From positions 3,958 through 67,957 of the forward strand of contig JBAYIZ010000004.1 of assembly GCA_041665405.1 (NCBI GenBank): a stretch of 64,000 bases of DNA. The letters are read 5' to 3'. Under the pieces are notes generated by a model. It was not told the DNA's origin, made no database searches, and saw only the letters and a list, made by a program, of their open reading frames with translations. Numbering within the stretch: the stretch's first letter is position 1; the number at the start of each line of letters is the position of its first letter. The DNA is from Candidatus Magasanikiibacteriota bacterium (GTDB lineage: Bacteria; Patescibacteriota; Patescibacteriia; Magasanikbacterales; GWA2-37-8). Positions 1-10,895 of this stretch are shown one piece after another. The position numbers and the translations under genes are program-made.

Positions 1-446
1 AGTTTATGTATTCCCCAATGGTAATTGTCATAAGAAATATTAGCGACTTCCAACAAGACATTTTCAGTATGTTTCAACACCCGACGGTTTTCGCTACATA
101 ATTGGAATTTAGATAAATCAATGCGCAAACTTCTAGTTTGATTCAGATCTCCTTTTCCAGTTCGGGTAAACAAATAACCCTCATTATAAAGTGAGTTCAG
201 ATTACTATCGGAAAAGTTGGTCGTTTTTTTTGAGTTCCAATTTAAATACATGTTAGAAGATTATTTTGAATTTTGTTTTTTTTAATATTGAACAAGCGAG
301 GCAATAATTTGTAGACAAGTAAAGCGTGGCTGTCTCTGCTGTTTGAGCCCAAGGGCGAGTTCAGAGACAGAGCGACACGAGTCACAAATTATCCGAGCGG
401 TTCACAATTAAAAAAAATAAAATTCAAAATATGATGCTATAGGATT

Positions 447-1562
447 TTATTTATAAACAGCCATCCAAATACCAACCACAACCACTAACGCGTGTAAAAT
501 CCAAAACCGCATTACAATTTTTTCTTCACCCCACCCCTTAAATTCTAAGTGGTGGTGTAGAGGGGCCATTTTAAATAAACGACGTCCAAACAATCTGCGT
601 GAAAAAACTTGTAAAATCACCACAATAGTTTCCAAATAAAAAATAAATCCAAAAATTGGAATATATAAAGTCTTATCTATGGAAATCATGTTAATAGCTA
701 ACAACGCGCCAAGACCCAGTGACCCCACATCTCCCATTTGAAATCGCGCTGGCTTAACATTGAAATATGTATAAGCCAATAGTGACCCAGCAACAGTCGC
801 ATTGAGTGGGGCAAAAGCGGTACGTCCTTCAATACAACTAATGACAGTGAGAGCAACAAAAGTAATCAACAATGATCCTCCAGCCAATCCATCCAACCCA
901 TCCGCAATATTTACCGCATTGGCAGTAAACATTACAAAGAAAATAATGATCGGCACAATCCACATACCGACAGAGATACGACCATCAAAAGGAATAGATA
1001 GAGAATGCCAATGAGGATCAAGTTTGGTATACACCCACCAAGCGGCCACAGCGCCAGCCAAAAATTGAAAGATTAATTTTTCATGAACTTGAATGCCGCG
1101 ACCAGGATGTGATCCGAGCATGTGAGTGAGATGTTTGAAAAATTCCCATGGTAAGATCAAAACAAGCCAAACTCGCATGTACCAATGACGGTGAATTTTT
1201 ATTAAAGTGAGAGTTTGCTTCAATGTTCGCAAACGGCGCTTCGCACCAAAAATATTTAACAAATCATCCGCGGCGCCAAGTAAAGCGGCGATGGTCATTA
1301 CACCAATAGGAACGTAGGTATATTTTCTATTCCAATTAAATATCAATGTTATTACCGTCACAACAAGAATTACCAAAAGACCACCCATAACTGGCGTGCC
1401 AATTTTTATTTGGCGGTCGCCGTATAATGTAAAATCATAATCAGAACGACGAGTAATTTTGAATTTATACAAAATTTTAGTCAAAATCGGTGCAAACAAA
1501 AAAGATAGCAAACAAGCGCCGATAAAAAACAACAAAGAGTTTTGTAATAAAGAAATTTCCAT
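447..1562 (-). CDS. mraY: Phospho-N-acetylmuramoyl-pentapeptide transferase MraY
   Basis: 371 aa, multi-TM. Motifs DDxxN, NAVNxADGLDGLA, MGDVGS and PLHHHLE are all present and typical of MraY. It lies adjacent to a Mur ligase gene. Confidence 0.9.
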   Translation of the reverse strand: MEISLLQNSLLFFIGACLLSFLFAPILTKILYKFKITRRSDYDFTLYGDRQIKIGTPVMGGLLVILVVTVITLIFNWNRKYTYVPIGVMTIAALLGAADDLLNIFGAKRRLRTLKQTLTLIKIHRHWYMRVWLVLILPWEFFKHLTHMLGSHPGRGIQVHEKLIFQFLAGAVAAWWVYTKLDPHWHSLSIPFDGRISVGMWIVPIIIFFVMFTANAVNIADGLDGLAGGSLLITFVALTVISCIEGRTAFAPLNATVAGSLLAYTYFNVKPARFQMGDVGSLGLGALLAINMISIDKTLYIPIFGFIFYLETIVVILQVFSRRLFGRRLFKMAPLHHHLEFKGWGEEKIVMRFWILHALVVVVGIWMAVYK

Positions 1563-1607
1563 GGGTAAATATTACTCCAAGCTAGCCAAAAAATCAAGCC
1601 AATTCGT

Positions 1608-2900
1608 TTAACTTAGCCATTCTTTGGTTTGTCGTACTAGTAATTTTGGGGCATCCAACGGTTCGGCCATTACTTCTTTGACTATTTTTTCCATCCGCAA
1701 TCCTTGGGATCCCTTGACGAGTGCCACATCTCCGCGATGTAATTTCTCTTGTAAAAATTTACCTGCGCTGACACTTTCTGCAAAAGAAACAATCTGATTG
1801 TCATCCAAACCAGCTTCGCGTGCCGCGATAGCCGTGTGTTTGCTAGCTTCGCCCACAGTGATGAGAAAATCAATACCCAGCTCGGCTACTTTGAAACCAA
1901 TTTCGCGGTGAGCATTTTCAGTCTCAGTCCCAAGCTCAAGCATATCCGATAAAACAGCAATACGTTTTGCTCCATCAGCAACATTAATTTTGGACAAAGT
2001 AGACAATGCCGATTTGACCGGTTCAGGGCTAGAGTTATATGTGTCGTCAATCAATAAGGTATTTTTTATGCCATCAATGATTCGCATATGACCAGCTAAT
2101 GGTTCGAGGTTGTTTAAGGCTTGTACTGAATCAATCACGTTAATCCCCAAAATATGCCCCACAGCAATCGCCGCCAAAGCAGACGGTATCATATGTTCGG
2201 CGATAGCCCCTGGTAAAAAGACTGGTACAATGTTGCCCTTAAAATTTAATTTAAAATTCAACCCAGTTGGCCAATTGGTTTTTTCATCCGTAATAACATT
2301 GACATCTGTCGCTTTAAAATCGGCGCCTTCTTTGAAACCATAAGTTACAATTTCAGCTTTGGTAGTGTTAGCGTTTTGCATTACTAGTTCATTGTCAAAA
2401 TTTAGCACTGCAAAGCCATCTTGTTGCAAATGTGAAATAATTACGCGTTTTTCTTGGGCAATTTTTTTAATAGTTTTGAATGCCTCGGTGTGAACATGAG
2501 AAATATAAGTCAGCACGCCAATTTTGCAAGGTGCAATATCAATAAGATAGGGGATATCACCAGGTTTGTCCGCTCCCATTTCCAAAACTAAAATTTCTGG
2601 ATAATTTTTATCTTTGATGAGTAACAAATTTTTTGCCTTACAAAATACTTTCATCCAACCAAAAATAGAACTACCAGGAGTTTTTTCAATGCCAATGATG
2701 GTCAAAGGCATCCCAACCTCATTATTATAATTTTTTTGGCTTTTGCGGACATTAAATTTATTTTCCAACACCGCCGCAATCGCTTCCTTGGTGGAACTCT
2801 TACCAATCGATCCAGTAATCCCAATCACATCCGGTCGATATTTTTTAATAATCCTTTTGGAAAAATATTTTAACATCGCATGCAACATCGTTTTAAACAT
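1608..2900 (-). CDS. murF: Mur ligase family protein, probably UDP-MurNAc-tripeptide--D-Ala-D-Ala ligase MurF
   Basis: 430 aa. It has a P-loop GITGSIGKSST typical of Mur ligases and sits immediately upstream of mraY in a dcw-like order. Confidence 0.7.
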   Translation of the reverse strand: MFKTMLHAMLKYFSKRIIKKYRPDVIGITGSIGKSSTKEAIAAVLENKFNVRKSQKNYNNEVGMPLTIIGIEKTPGSSIFGWMKVFCKAKNLLLIKDKNYPEILVLEMGADKPGDIPYLIDIAPCKIGVLTYISHVHTEAFKTIKKIAQEKRVIISHLQQDGFAVLNFDNELVMQNANTTKAEIVTYGFKEGADFKATDVNVITDEKTNWPTGLNFKLNFKGNIVPVFLPGAIAEHMIPSALAAIAVGHILGINVIDSVQALNNLEPLAGHMRIIDGIKNTLLIDDTYNSSPEPVKSALSTLSKINVADGAKRIAVLSDMLELGTETENAHREIGFKVAELGIDFLITVGEASKHTAIAAREAGLDDNQIVSFAESVSAGKFLQEKLHRGDVALVKGSQGLRMEKIVKEVMAEPLDAPKLLVRQTKEWLS

Positions 2901-3077
2901 AAAATAATAATTTCTAATTAATTAACCAGCTGAAAAATATATTAATTTTCGCCGCGCGAATTGTCCGAAGTGGCGAGAATACTAGTGCTGTCTAACAAAC
3001 GTCAAATTCGCCACAAGTCTGAGCGCAAGAAAATTCATATATTTTTCAGCGCTCCAACGGAATTAAGATAAAATAAA

Positions 3078-4805
3078 TCAACGATCTGTTGGCACCACAT
3101 AATACTGCAATGCAAATTTCATTAAATCTCGAAAAACAAACAAAGAAGTCTGTTCTGCCCACTGTCTTTGCGGCTCTTCATATTTTACCACCAAAACAAA
3201 CTGAGGGTTAGTGGCCGGTGCAAAACCAGCGAAAGTGTGGTTGGTACGTTCATCACTATATCCACCAGTCTCAGCGATTTGGGCGGTACCTGTTTTACCT
3301 GCTACATAATATCCATCGACTTTTGCAATTTTGTAATGATTTTCCACTACCGATGTCAACATCCCACTCATCAATTTGGCAGTGCGTTCAGAAATTACTC
3401 GCACAGATTTTTCAGTAGGTGTGACTTCTTTTTGTCCATTGGGGTATCTAGTTTCGGCCACAATAAATGGTTTTGGTAAAAGCCCCTTATTAGCAATTGC
3501 ACTATAAGCGGCGGCTAGCTGTATTGGGGTGACAGTGAGACCTTGCCCAAACGAACCTACTGCGCCGAACACTTCACCTTTTCTTTCCAAAGAAGAAACA
3601 TCTCCTGTGGCTTCCGGACCAAGCTCAATTCCAGTTTTTTCTCCGAAACCAAATTTTTTTACATAATCACCTAAACGGGTATGTCCCAATTTTTCTTCTA
3701 CAAAAATCATACCAGTGTTGATTGAATTTTCCAACACCTGTGTCATAGTTTGAGTGCCGTAACATTTGCTCATAGCGTTTCTGATAGAGTAACCATTGAT
3801 AACTCGCACACAGGGATCGTTAAAGGTAGTGTTGGGTGAAACCAATCCCAAATCTACACCCGCCGCCATGGTGACTGGTTTGAATACTGAACCAGGTTCA
3901 TAGGGGGCAAAAATAGTGTTGTTACTAAAGGCTCTCAAATCTTTCACTTCAGAATATTTGTTGGGATCAAAATCTGGCAAACTACACATGGCCAAAATTG
4001 CACCAGTTTTTGGATTCATCATCACTAGCGAGGCACTTTTTGCTTGATATTCTTCCAACCCTTTTTGGAGCAATTCACAGGCTTTGTATTCTAGTGAGCG
4101 ATCTATGGTCAAAAGTAAATCAGCACCGTCTTGGGCGTTTACCTGAGAATGCATTGCCATTGTAATCCAACTTCCAAGAGCTCCGCGTTCTCCAGAGATG
4201 AAACCTTGACGTCCGGTTAAAATTTTATCCCAATAACCTTCGACACCGTAGTTGCCAATCTGTTGGGTACCTTCATCATTTAGTCGGCAAAAACCCAAAA
4301 TGGAAGCCGCGGTATTTTCTTCTGGATAATAACGGTATTCTTGGGGAGTAGAATAAATGCCATCCAATTTTTCTAATTTTAATTTTTCTATTGTGTCGCT
4401 ATCGATTTTTTTTACCACTGGCTCATATGGGTCGTTTGGTTTTGCCAGTTTAATGTTTAATATCTCGCGGTCAGTTTCAGGTAGTGATAGTATCTGTATT
4501 AATTTATCAACTGTACTTGAAACATTTTCTAGCTTAATTTCACTAGGTACAGCATAGACCAAAAAATATTGACGATTTATAGCCGCTGGAAATTCTTGTT
4601 TATTTCTAGTATCTTGAAAAAAAATCTCGCCACGTTTGGGGTGGAGTTGCTGATAAATTTCATGAGATGAAAGTGCAAACGTACGATAGTATTCTACTTG
4701 GATTATCTGCAATACAAATAATTTCCCGATAATACCAATAGTGACGACGATAAAGAAAATCGCGATTATGCGCAGGCGTTGGTTGTTTTTTTCTTGGTGT
4801 TGCAT
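3078..4805 (-). CDS. Penicillin-binding protein 2 / FtsI-type transpeptidase
   Basis: 575 aa with an N-terminal TM segment. SxxK-like GSVFKP and the KTGTAQ (KTG) motif are present. It follows mraY-murF in dcw order. Confidence 0.8.
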   Translation of the reverse strand: MQHQEKNNQRLRIIAIFFIVVTIGIIGKLFVLQIIQVEYYRTFALSSHEIYQQLHPKRGEIFFQDTRNKQEFPAAINRQYFLVYAVPSEIKLENVSSTVDKLIQILSLPETDREILNIKLAKPNDPYEPVVKKIDSDTIEKLKLEKLDGIYSTPQEYRYYPEENTAASILGFCRLNDEGTQQIGNYGVEGYWDKILTGRQGFISGERGALGSWITMAMHSQVNAQDGADLLLTIDRSLEYKACELLQKGLEEYQAKSASLVMMNPKTGAILAMCSLPDFDPNKYSEVKDLRAFSNNTIFAPYEPGSVFKPVTMAAGVDLGLVSPNTTFNDPCVRVINGYSIRNAMSKCYGTQTMTQVLENSINTGMIFVEEKLGHTRLGDYVKKFGFGEKTGIELGPEATGDVSSLERKGEVFGAVGSFGQGLTVTPIQLAAAYSAIANKGLLPKPFIVAETRYPNGQKEVTPTEKSVRVISERTAKLMSGMLTSVVENHYKIAKVDGYYVAGKTGTAQIAETGGYSDERTNHTFAGFAPATNPQFVLVVKYEEPQRQWAEQTSLFVFRDLMKFALQYYVVPTDR

Positions 4806-4806
4806 T

Positions 4807-5814
4807 TTAAAAAGACTGTTTCAAAATATTTTTTAAGGTAATTTCTGGATTGGCATTTTTCCAAACTATCTGATACACAGCCTGAGCCAGTGGCATTTTT
4901 ATCTTATATTTTTTTGCCAAGGCCAAGGTGATTTTGCAGGCGCTGACCCCTTCAACTATTTGCCCAATTTCTTTAGTGGCTGACTCTTTATTAGGATGTT
5001 TTGGGAGACATTGACCAAAACGACGGTTTCGCGATTGAACAGAAAAAGCGGTATCTATGAGATCTCCTAGTCCAGCCAAATCATTTACAATTTCTTCGCG
5101 TCCGCCCATTTTTTTGATTATGGTTCTCATCTCTTTAATTGCCAAAACTATAATAGCTGCTTTGGTGTTCATAGGCCAATGATAGTAGTCTGCTATTCCG
5201 ATAGCGATGGCATAAATGTTTTTAAATGACCCCGCTATCTCTGTGCCGATAATGTCAGTTGTTTCTTTTAGACGTAAATTATCATTGCACAAAACTTTTT
5301 TCACAAATTTTATTGTTTCACTATTTTTGCTCGAAATATTCATTGCCGTAAAATCTCCATTGGCCATATCGAAAGCAATTGCAGGTCCAGAAATAGTGGA
5401 GACCAAAGGTCGAGAATGACTGGGAATGTTTTTTTGAATTACGGAAGTCATGATATTCAAAGTTTTTTCCTCTACTCCTTTGGAGACATCAACGCAAATA
5501 GTTTTTGGCGACATAAATTTGGCCGCGCGTTTTATTATATCAAGCATGCAATTACTAGGTAGTACGAAAAAAATTATTTTGGCATCACGTATTACCATTT
5601 CCAGATTTTTTTCCGCGATAATATTGTGGGATAGTTTTATACCCGCTAAAAATTTTTTATTTTCATGTAGATTGTTGATTTGTTCAAGCGGTTCCACATC
5701 ACCTTCGTAATTCCAAATCTTTATTTTATAGCCATTTGATCCGATAATTTGAGCGATGGCTGTACCCATATTTCCAGCTCCTAATACAGCGATGGAAAGA
5801 TTATTTTTAGACAT
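4807..5814 (-). CDS. gpsA: NAD(P)H-dependent glycerol-3-phosphate dehydrogenase GpsA
   Basis: 335 aa. It has the N-terminal Rossmann motif LGAGNMGTAIA and GpsA-like central and C-terminal regions. Confidence 0.8.
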   Translation of the reverse strand: MSKNNLSIAVLGAGNMGTAIAQIIGSNGYKIKIWNYEGDVEPLEQINNLHENKKFLAGIKLSHNIIAEKNLEMVIRDAKIIFFVLPSNCMLDIIKRAAKFMSPKTICVDVSKGVEEKTLNIMTSVIQKNIPSHSRPLVSTISGPAIAFDMANGDFTAMNISSKNSETIKFVKKVLCNDNLRLKETTDIIGTEIAGSFKNIYAIAIGIADYYHWPMNTKAAIIVLAIKEMRTIIKKMGGREEIVNDLAGLGDLIDTAFSVQSRNRRFGQCLPKHPNKESATKEIGQIVEGVSACKITLALAKKYKIKMPLAQAVYQIVWKNANPEITLKNILKQSF

Positions 5815-5834
5815 AGTTATTTAATTAAATTATT

Positions 5835-6878
5835 TTATAAATTTTTATTAGCTAATTGACCACAAGCCGCATCAATGTCTAAGCCTTGAGAACGGCGAAT
5901 GGTACAGGTAATATCGTGGTCGTTCATTTTCTTTTGCCAGGTTTGGATAGTGACAAAGTCTGTTCCTTGGAACATATCGTTACAGCCGCTGGCATTGTAG
6001 GGGATTAAGTTGACGCGTATAGACCCCAATTTTAAAACTAATTTAATTAATGCATTGAGATGTTTGATATCATCATTAATTCCTTTTAACATTATATATT
6101 CCAAACCAATAAAATGAGTGCGGCTAGGAAAAGCGGTGTGATATTTTTTTGACCACTCCACCAAGAAATCCAAAAAACTAGGACGATTGGACGGAATGAC
6201 TGCTGAACGACTTTCGGATAAAGCACTATGTAGTGACAGGGCAAATCGCACAGAAGGAAAATCTTTTTCTGTTACCATCTTTTCCATACTCTCTGGAACG
6301 CCGACAGTCGACATAGTAATTTTGCGTGGTCCGATTTTGGCGTATTTTATTAAAATAGCCAACGCCAATTTTACATTTTCATAGTTGAGTAATGGTTCTC
6401 CTTGCCCCATCAATACAATATTTTCTACTTCACCGTCACCTGGTTCTTGCCACATCATTTGTTGCCAAAAACGAATCTGATCAATGATTTCTCGGTAGGT
6501 AAGATTGCGTTTGAAGCCAAGTTTGCCAGTGGCGCAAAAAGCACAACCCATAGGACAACCAACTTGAGAAGAGATACAAACTGTATAACGTAACTCGCCA
6601 CTCTGATCTAGTTTTTTACTAGCTCGTGGCATTAAAACCGTTTCGATAATTTGTCCGTCAGACAGTTCGAGTAGGGCTTTACGTGTGCCGTCATTTTGAC
6701 TAGTCTGTAAAACTTTTTGTTTGACAGTCATCCAAGGTTCGTCAGTTAGTTGTTCGCGTAAATTTTTGGATAGAGTAGTGATCTCAGAAAAATCGTGAAT
6801 GTTTTTATCAAACCAAGCGAGATAAATTTGATCACGCCTATAAGCCGGTTCAGATTTTATTTTTTCTTCCAAAGACAT
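5835..6878 (-). CDS. rlmN: Radical-SAM 23S rRNA/tRNA m2A methyltransferase RlmN family
   Basis: 347 aa. It has the CxxxCxxC cluster GCPMGCAFCATG and a conserved C-terminal Cys, in an RlmN/Cfr-like layout. Confidence 0.8.
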   Translation of the reverse strand: MSLEEKIKSEPAYRRDQIYLAWFDKNIHDFSEITTLSKNLREQLTDEPWMTVKQKVLQTSQNDGTRKALLELSDGQIIETVLMPRASKKLDQSGELRYTVCISSQVGCPMGCAFCATGKLGFKRNLTYREIIDQIRFWQQMMWQEPGDGEVENIVLMGQGEPLLNYENVKLALAILIKYAKIGPRKITMSTVGVPESMEKMVTEKDFPSVRFALSLHSALSESRSAVIPSNRPSFLDFLVEWSKKYHTAFPSRTHFIGLEYIMLKGINDDIKHLNALIKLVLKLGSIRVNLIPYNASGCNDMFQGTDFVTIQTWQKKMNDHDITCTIRRSQGLDIDAACGQLANKNL

Positions 6879-6881
6879 AAT

Positions 6882-9401
6882 TTATTGATTTTTTATTTTT
6901 TTTATTACGAAAGTTGTTAGTGTCATAGCAATTATTGGTATAACGCAGAGAAGTAAAATTTGATTTAAATTTAATGTTTCAATATGAAATATACTGTGCA
7001 AAGCAGGGATGTATATGATTAATGCTAAAACAAAAATTGTCGCGACAGAAATAGACAACAACAATATGTTGCTTTTTATTTGTTCCCATTCGCGACTAAT
7101 TAAAATTATTAAGGTTTGAGATATTATTAATGAAGCAAAAGCCATCGTGCGTCCGATATCCACTTGCCCCAAATTTATAGCATAATAGTAATAAAATCCA
7201 AATGAGACCGCCAAGATTGAAAAGCCCTGCAATAAAATTTTGTTGATCAATCGTAAGTTAATAAGTGATTCGTTGGTAGGTCGTGGTTTTTCGATCATTA
7301 AATTTTGTCTGGCTTTTTCGCGTTCAAAACCAAGTACAGCGGCTGGATCACAAAATAATTCCAAGAAAATAATATTGATTGGTAAAAAAACTAATGGTTT
7401 ACCAAATAATAATGGCAAAATTGCCAATCCGACTATTGGTAAATGAAATGAAAATAAAAATACAAAAGCTTGGCGCAGGTTGTCATAAATTCGGCGCCCT
7501 TCTTTTATGGCTTTGACGATGGTGGCGAAATTATCATCCATTAAAACTATGCCAGCGGCCGCGCGCGCTACCTCTGTGCCTTTTTGTCCCATAGCGATTC
7601 CGATGTTGGCTTTTTTTAAGGCCGGCGCATCGTTGACTCCGTCTCCGGTCATAGCTACTATTTCTCCCATGCTTTGCAAAGCTTCTACGATGGCAAATTT
7701 TTGTTCTGGTTTTACACGAGTAAAAATATCGTGGCGTCGGATAATTTCTTTCAAAGCATCCTCGGATAGTCCGTCTAGATCAGAACCAATAATGATTTGC
7801 TCGTTATGTTTTAGTCCAATATTTTCGGCAATATTGTGGGCGGTGAGTTTGTTGTCGCCAGTGATCATAATTACCCTAATGCCAGCTTTTTGACAGGTAT
7901 CTATGGCTTCCTTTACTCCAATGCGCGGTGGATCACTCATAGCCAACAGCCCAACAAATTCCATGTTTTTTACTTCTATTGATTGGTCATCATTACAATC
8001 TCGTTTGGCTACACCGATTACTCGGTAGCCATTACTGGCCATACTTTCATATGCTCTTTCTGCTTTAATTTTTTCTTCGGTAGAAAGCACACTGTTGTTG
8101 ATGATAAATTCAGGCGCACCAGCACTATATTGTGTGCATGAATTTTCTTTGTCTTTCCACAGATGATGAACCATTTTATTTTTTGATTCAAATGGTAGGT
8201 CTTGAAGTAAAGTATGTTCTCGGAAAAACAAGGAAACATCAATACCAATTTCGGAGGCAAAATTTTGCATTTCTATTTCCATCGGATCAATCGCGATTTG
8301 TTCCAGTGACAATAGAGAAGTTTTGATTAAAGGTAAAAATTTAGTTGAATTTTTTTTGATTTCTTTTACTTCATGTGTTTCACCTTGAAAAAATATTTGT
8401 TCCAAAGCCATTTTGCCTTCTGTCAATGTGCCGGTTTTGTCGGTACAAATAACCGTAGCCGATCCGAGTGTTTCTACCATTGCCATTTCGCGAGTCAAGG
8501 CATTTTGTTTGGTCATACGCCAGACACCCATAATCAAAAATACACTGAAAACGACAGGGAATTCTTCGGGTATCAAAGACATAGCCATAGTCAATCCACT
8601 TAGTAAACCTTGAGCCCAGTTTTCTCTAATACCAATAAATAACCCAACTATGATAGATATAGCCACAGCGATAATCGCCACGGTCTTTACCAGTGAATGT
8701 ATTTTTTTCTGTAATGGTGTGTCTGTCTGTTTTATTTTTTCTAATAAATTTCCTAGTTTTCCATAATCAGTATGACCGCCAGTGGCCGCGACCACAAATG
8801 TACCTTCGCCTTGAACGACCATTGTTCCTTGAAATAATTTGTTTTCATCCACCATATTGTCATCCTCGCGAAAGCGGGGATCTACAGAACTTTTTTGAGC
8901 GGCAATTGATTCTCCGGTGAGCATGGCTTCGTCTACCAACAGACCAAAAGAATTTAGTAAAAATCCATCCGCCGGGACTTTATCGCCAGCAGTTACATAA
9001 ATTAAATCTCCTGGAAATATATTTTTTGCTTCTATTTTTTTTACTTGGCTATCACGATAAACTTCACAAAATTCTACCATCATTTTGTCCAAGGCCTTTA
9101 TCGCTTCGTCGGTGCGTTGTTCTTGAAAAAACTGAATTATTAAAATTGGAATAATGGAAATCAATAAAATTATAGTATCAATTTTGTCACCAATAAAGAA
9201 ATAAACCATAGCGGCTATCAAAAGCAAGAGTATCATCGGTTCACTAATAATACCCCATGCAGAACTCAGCCAAGTTTTGCGTTTGCCAATCGGTCGGATG
9301 TTGAGCCCGTATTTTTCTTGAGCTGTTTTGGCTTGATCTGTGGTTAATCCCTTATAATTGGTGCCTTGAGGTAGAACTTCTTTTAAAATTTCATCTATCA
9401 T
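6882..9401 (-). CDS. P-type cation-transporting ATPase (P2-type, Ca2+/Mg2+-like)
   Basis: 839 aa. It has the phosphorylation motif DKTGTLT, TGDN, the hinge GDGVNDAPALKKA, and about 10 TM segments. Confidence 0.9.
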   Translation of the reverse strand: MIDEILKEVLPQGTNYKGLTTDQAKTAQEKYGLNIRPIGKRKTWLSSAWGIISEPMILLLLIAAMVYFFIGDKIDTIILLISIIPILIIQFFQEQRTDEAIKALDKMMVEFCEVYRDSQVKKIEAKNIFPGDLIYVTAGDKVPADGFLLNSFGLLVDEAMLTGESIAAQKSSVDPRFREDDNMVDENKLFQGTMVVQGEGTFVVAATGGHTDYGKLGNLLEKIKQTDTPLQKKIHSLVKTVAIIAVAISIIVGLFIGIRENWAQGLLSGLTMAMSLIPEEFPVVFSVFLIMGVWRMTKQNALTREMAMVETLGSATVICTDKTGTLTEGKMALEQIFFQGETHEVKEIKKNSTKFLPLIKTSLLSLEQIAIDPMEIEMQNFASEIGIDVSLFFREHTLLQDLPFESKNKMVHHLWKDKENSCTQYSAGAPEFIINNSVLSTEEKIKAERAYESMASNGYRVIGVAKRDCNDDQSIEVKNMEFVGLLAMSDPPRIGVKEAIDTCQKAGIRVIMITGDNKLTAHNIAENIGLKHNEQIIIGSDLDGLSEDALKEIIRRHDIFTRVKPEQKFAIVEALQSMGEIVAMTGDGVNDAPALKKANIGIAMGQKGTEVARAAAGIVLMDDNFATIVKAIKEGRRIYDNLRQAFVFLFSFHLPIVGLAILPLLFGKPLVFLPINIIFLELFCDPAAVLGFEREKARQNLMIEKPRPTNESLINLRLINKILLQGFSILAVSFGFYYYYAINLGQVDIGRTMAFASLIISQTLIILISREWEQIKSNILLLSISVATIFVLALIIYIPALHSIFHIETLNLNQILLLCVIPIIAMTLTTFVIKKIKNQ

Positions 9402-9494
9402 AATATAGTTATTTATCCACTTATTTTATCAGAAAAAACCCCCAAACACAAGCAATAAAAAACCTCCCCAGCAATAGGGAGGTTTTGTGTCAAT

Positions 9495-10895
9495 TTAGAT
9501 GAAATATTTTTTTTCCAACTGGTTTACTGTCTCATCCACCTCGTTTTGTGAAATCGGCGGTATTTCGTCGGATTTTTCTACCAATTCAATAATTGTTTTT
9601 AAAACATGTTTGATACCCGGAATCAGATGTATGTTTTTGTCTTCCGCATAAGAAAATCGGATATATCCTTTACCTCCAATGCCAAAATCACTACCGGCCA
9701 AAGTGGCAATTCCGCGTTCACACAACAGCCAATCAACCATTTCTTTATCGGAATTGATATTTAGCGTGTCTTTAACATATTTTAATTTTAAGATGTTTTC
9801 AAAATTTGGAAATAGATAAAACGCTCCCTCGGCTTTGTTTGGTACTATATATGGTTGTAATAATCGCAAACAAGCTTCTATAAATTGTCCTTTTTTCTCA
9901 TATTCCGCGAAATCTTTGTCAATAATGGGTTGAACTTTGTCTCCGATATATGGATATTTGTGGCCGTCCAATTCCACATCACCAAATATTGTTCCAGCGA
10001 CGATTTGGTTGAAGCGGGGGACACAAGTATATTTATTGATGGCCAATTTGCCAAATATTTCAATAACCCACTCTGGTGCGACAATAAAACCTAGACGCCA
10101 GCCAGTCATAGCAAAATTTTTGGAAAATCCATTTAGATTGATGGTGTAATCAAGCATTCCCGGAATAGAAATAAAACTGAAATGTTTTCTACCTCCAAAA
10201 ACTATTTGATCATAAATATCGTCAAACAAAACCATGAATTTATATTTCTTGACCAATTCGGCAATTTGTTCCAATTTTTCTTTGTTGATCAACATGCCAG
10301 TCGGATTTTGTGGCGTGTTAATAATCAAAAGTTTGACATCAATATTATTTTGTAATATTTTTTCTAAATCTTCCACCAAAAATTCAAAAGTACCGTCGGC
10401 GTTTTTGTGTACTAGCCACGGAATAAAGTTATCATTACTATAAAATCTCCCCAGTGATTCATAAATTGGATATCCTGGACTTTGGCCTACAACTTTATCA
10501 CCCGGTTTCACCAGAGTTTGTAAGGCCAATTCAATCACTGGTTTTCCACCCGGTTGCAACATCACATTTTCTTTTTTTATCTCCACTCCGCGCGTTTTGG
10601 TCCAATGTTTGGCGATATTTTCCAATACTTGAGGGAAGCCCTTGAAATGGGCATACTTGGTTTGTTTGTCTTTGAGTGCTTGGATGGCCACTTCAATAAT
10701 GGGCTCTGGCGTTTTTGGTCCAGTATCACCAACATGAAATTTATAAATTTGTGGAAATTTGCCAGTTTTTTCAAGGTCAGTCACTTTGGCACCAAAATCA
10801 AAAGCACTTTCGGTGCCAAGTAAAAGCAATGCCGGATTGATATTTACATTTGGTGTTAAATTTTTTTCAGCTAAAAATTTTAATGTAACACTCAT
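9495..10895 (-). CDS. PLP-dependent aminotransferase, class I/II
   Basis: 466 aa. It has the aminotransferase class-I lysine region SKNFAMTGWRLGF. The stop/start overlaps the upstream gene by 4 nt (ATGA), suggesting an operon. Confidence 0.65.
   Translation of the reverse strand: MSVTLKFLAEKNLTPNVNINPALLLLGTESAFDFGAKVTDLEKTGKFPQIYKFHVGDTGPKTPEPIIEVAIQALKDKQTKYAHFKGFPQVLENIAKHWTKTRGVEIKKENVMLQPGGKPVIELALQTLVKPGDKVVGQSPGYPIYESLGRFYSNDNFIPWLVHKNADGTFEFLVEDLEKILQNNIDVKLLIINTPQNPTGMLINKEKLEQIAELVKKYKFMVLFDDIYDQIVFGGRKHFSFISIPGMLDYTINLNGFSKNFAMTGWRLGFIVAPEWVIEIFGKLAINKYTCVPRFNQIVAGTIFGDVELDGHKYPYIGDKVQPIIDKDFAEYEKKGQFIEACLRLLQPYIVPNKAEGAFYLFPNFENILKLKYVKDTLNINSDKEMVDWLLCERGIATLAGSDFGIGGKGYIRFSYAEDKNIHLIPGIKHVLKTIIELVEKSDEIPPISQNEVDETVNQLEKKYFI

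Noticed and set aside
1-446. Possible 5' end of another minus-strand dcw-like gene (for example murD) starting near position 61 and running off the window
   Set aside because: Only about 20 codons are available and there is no RBS, so no family can be assigned.
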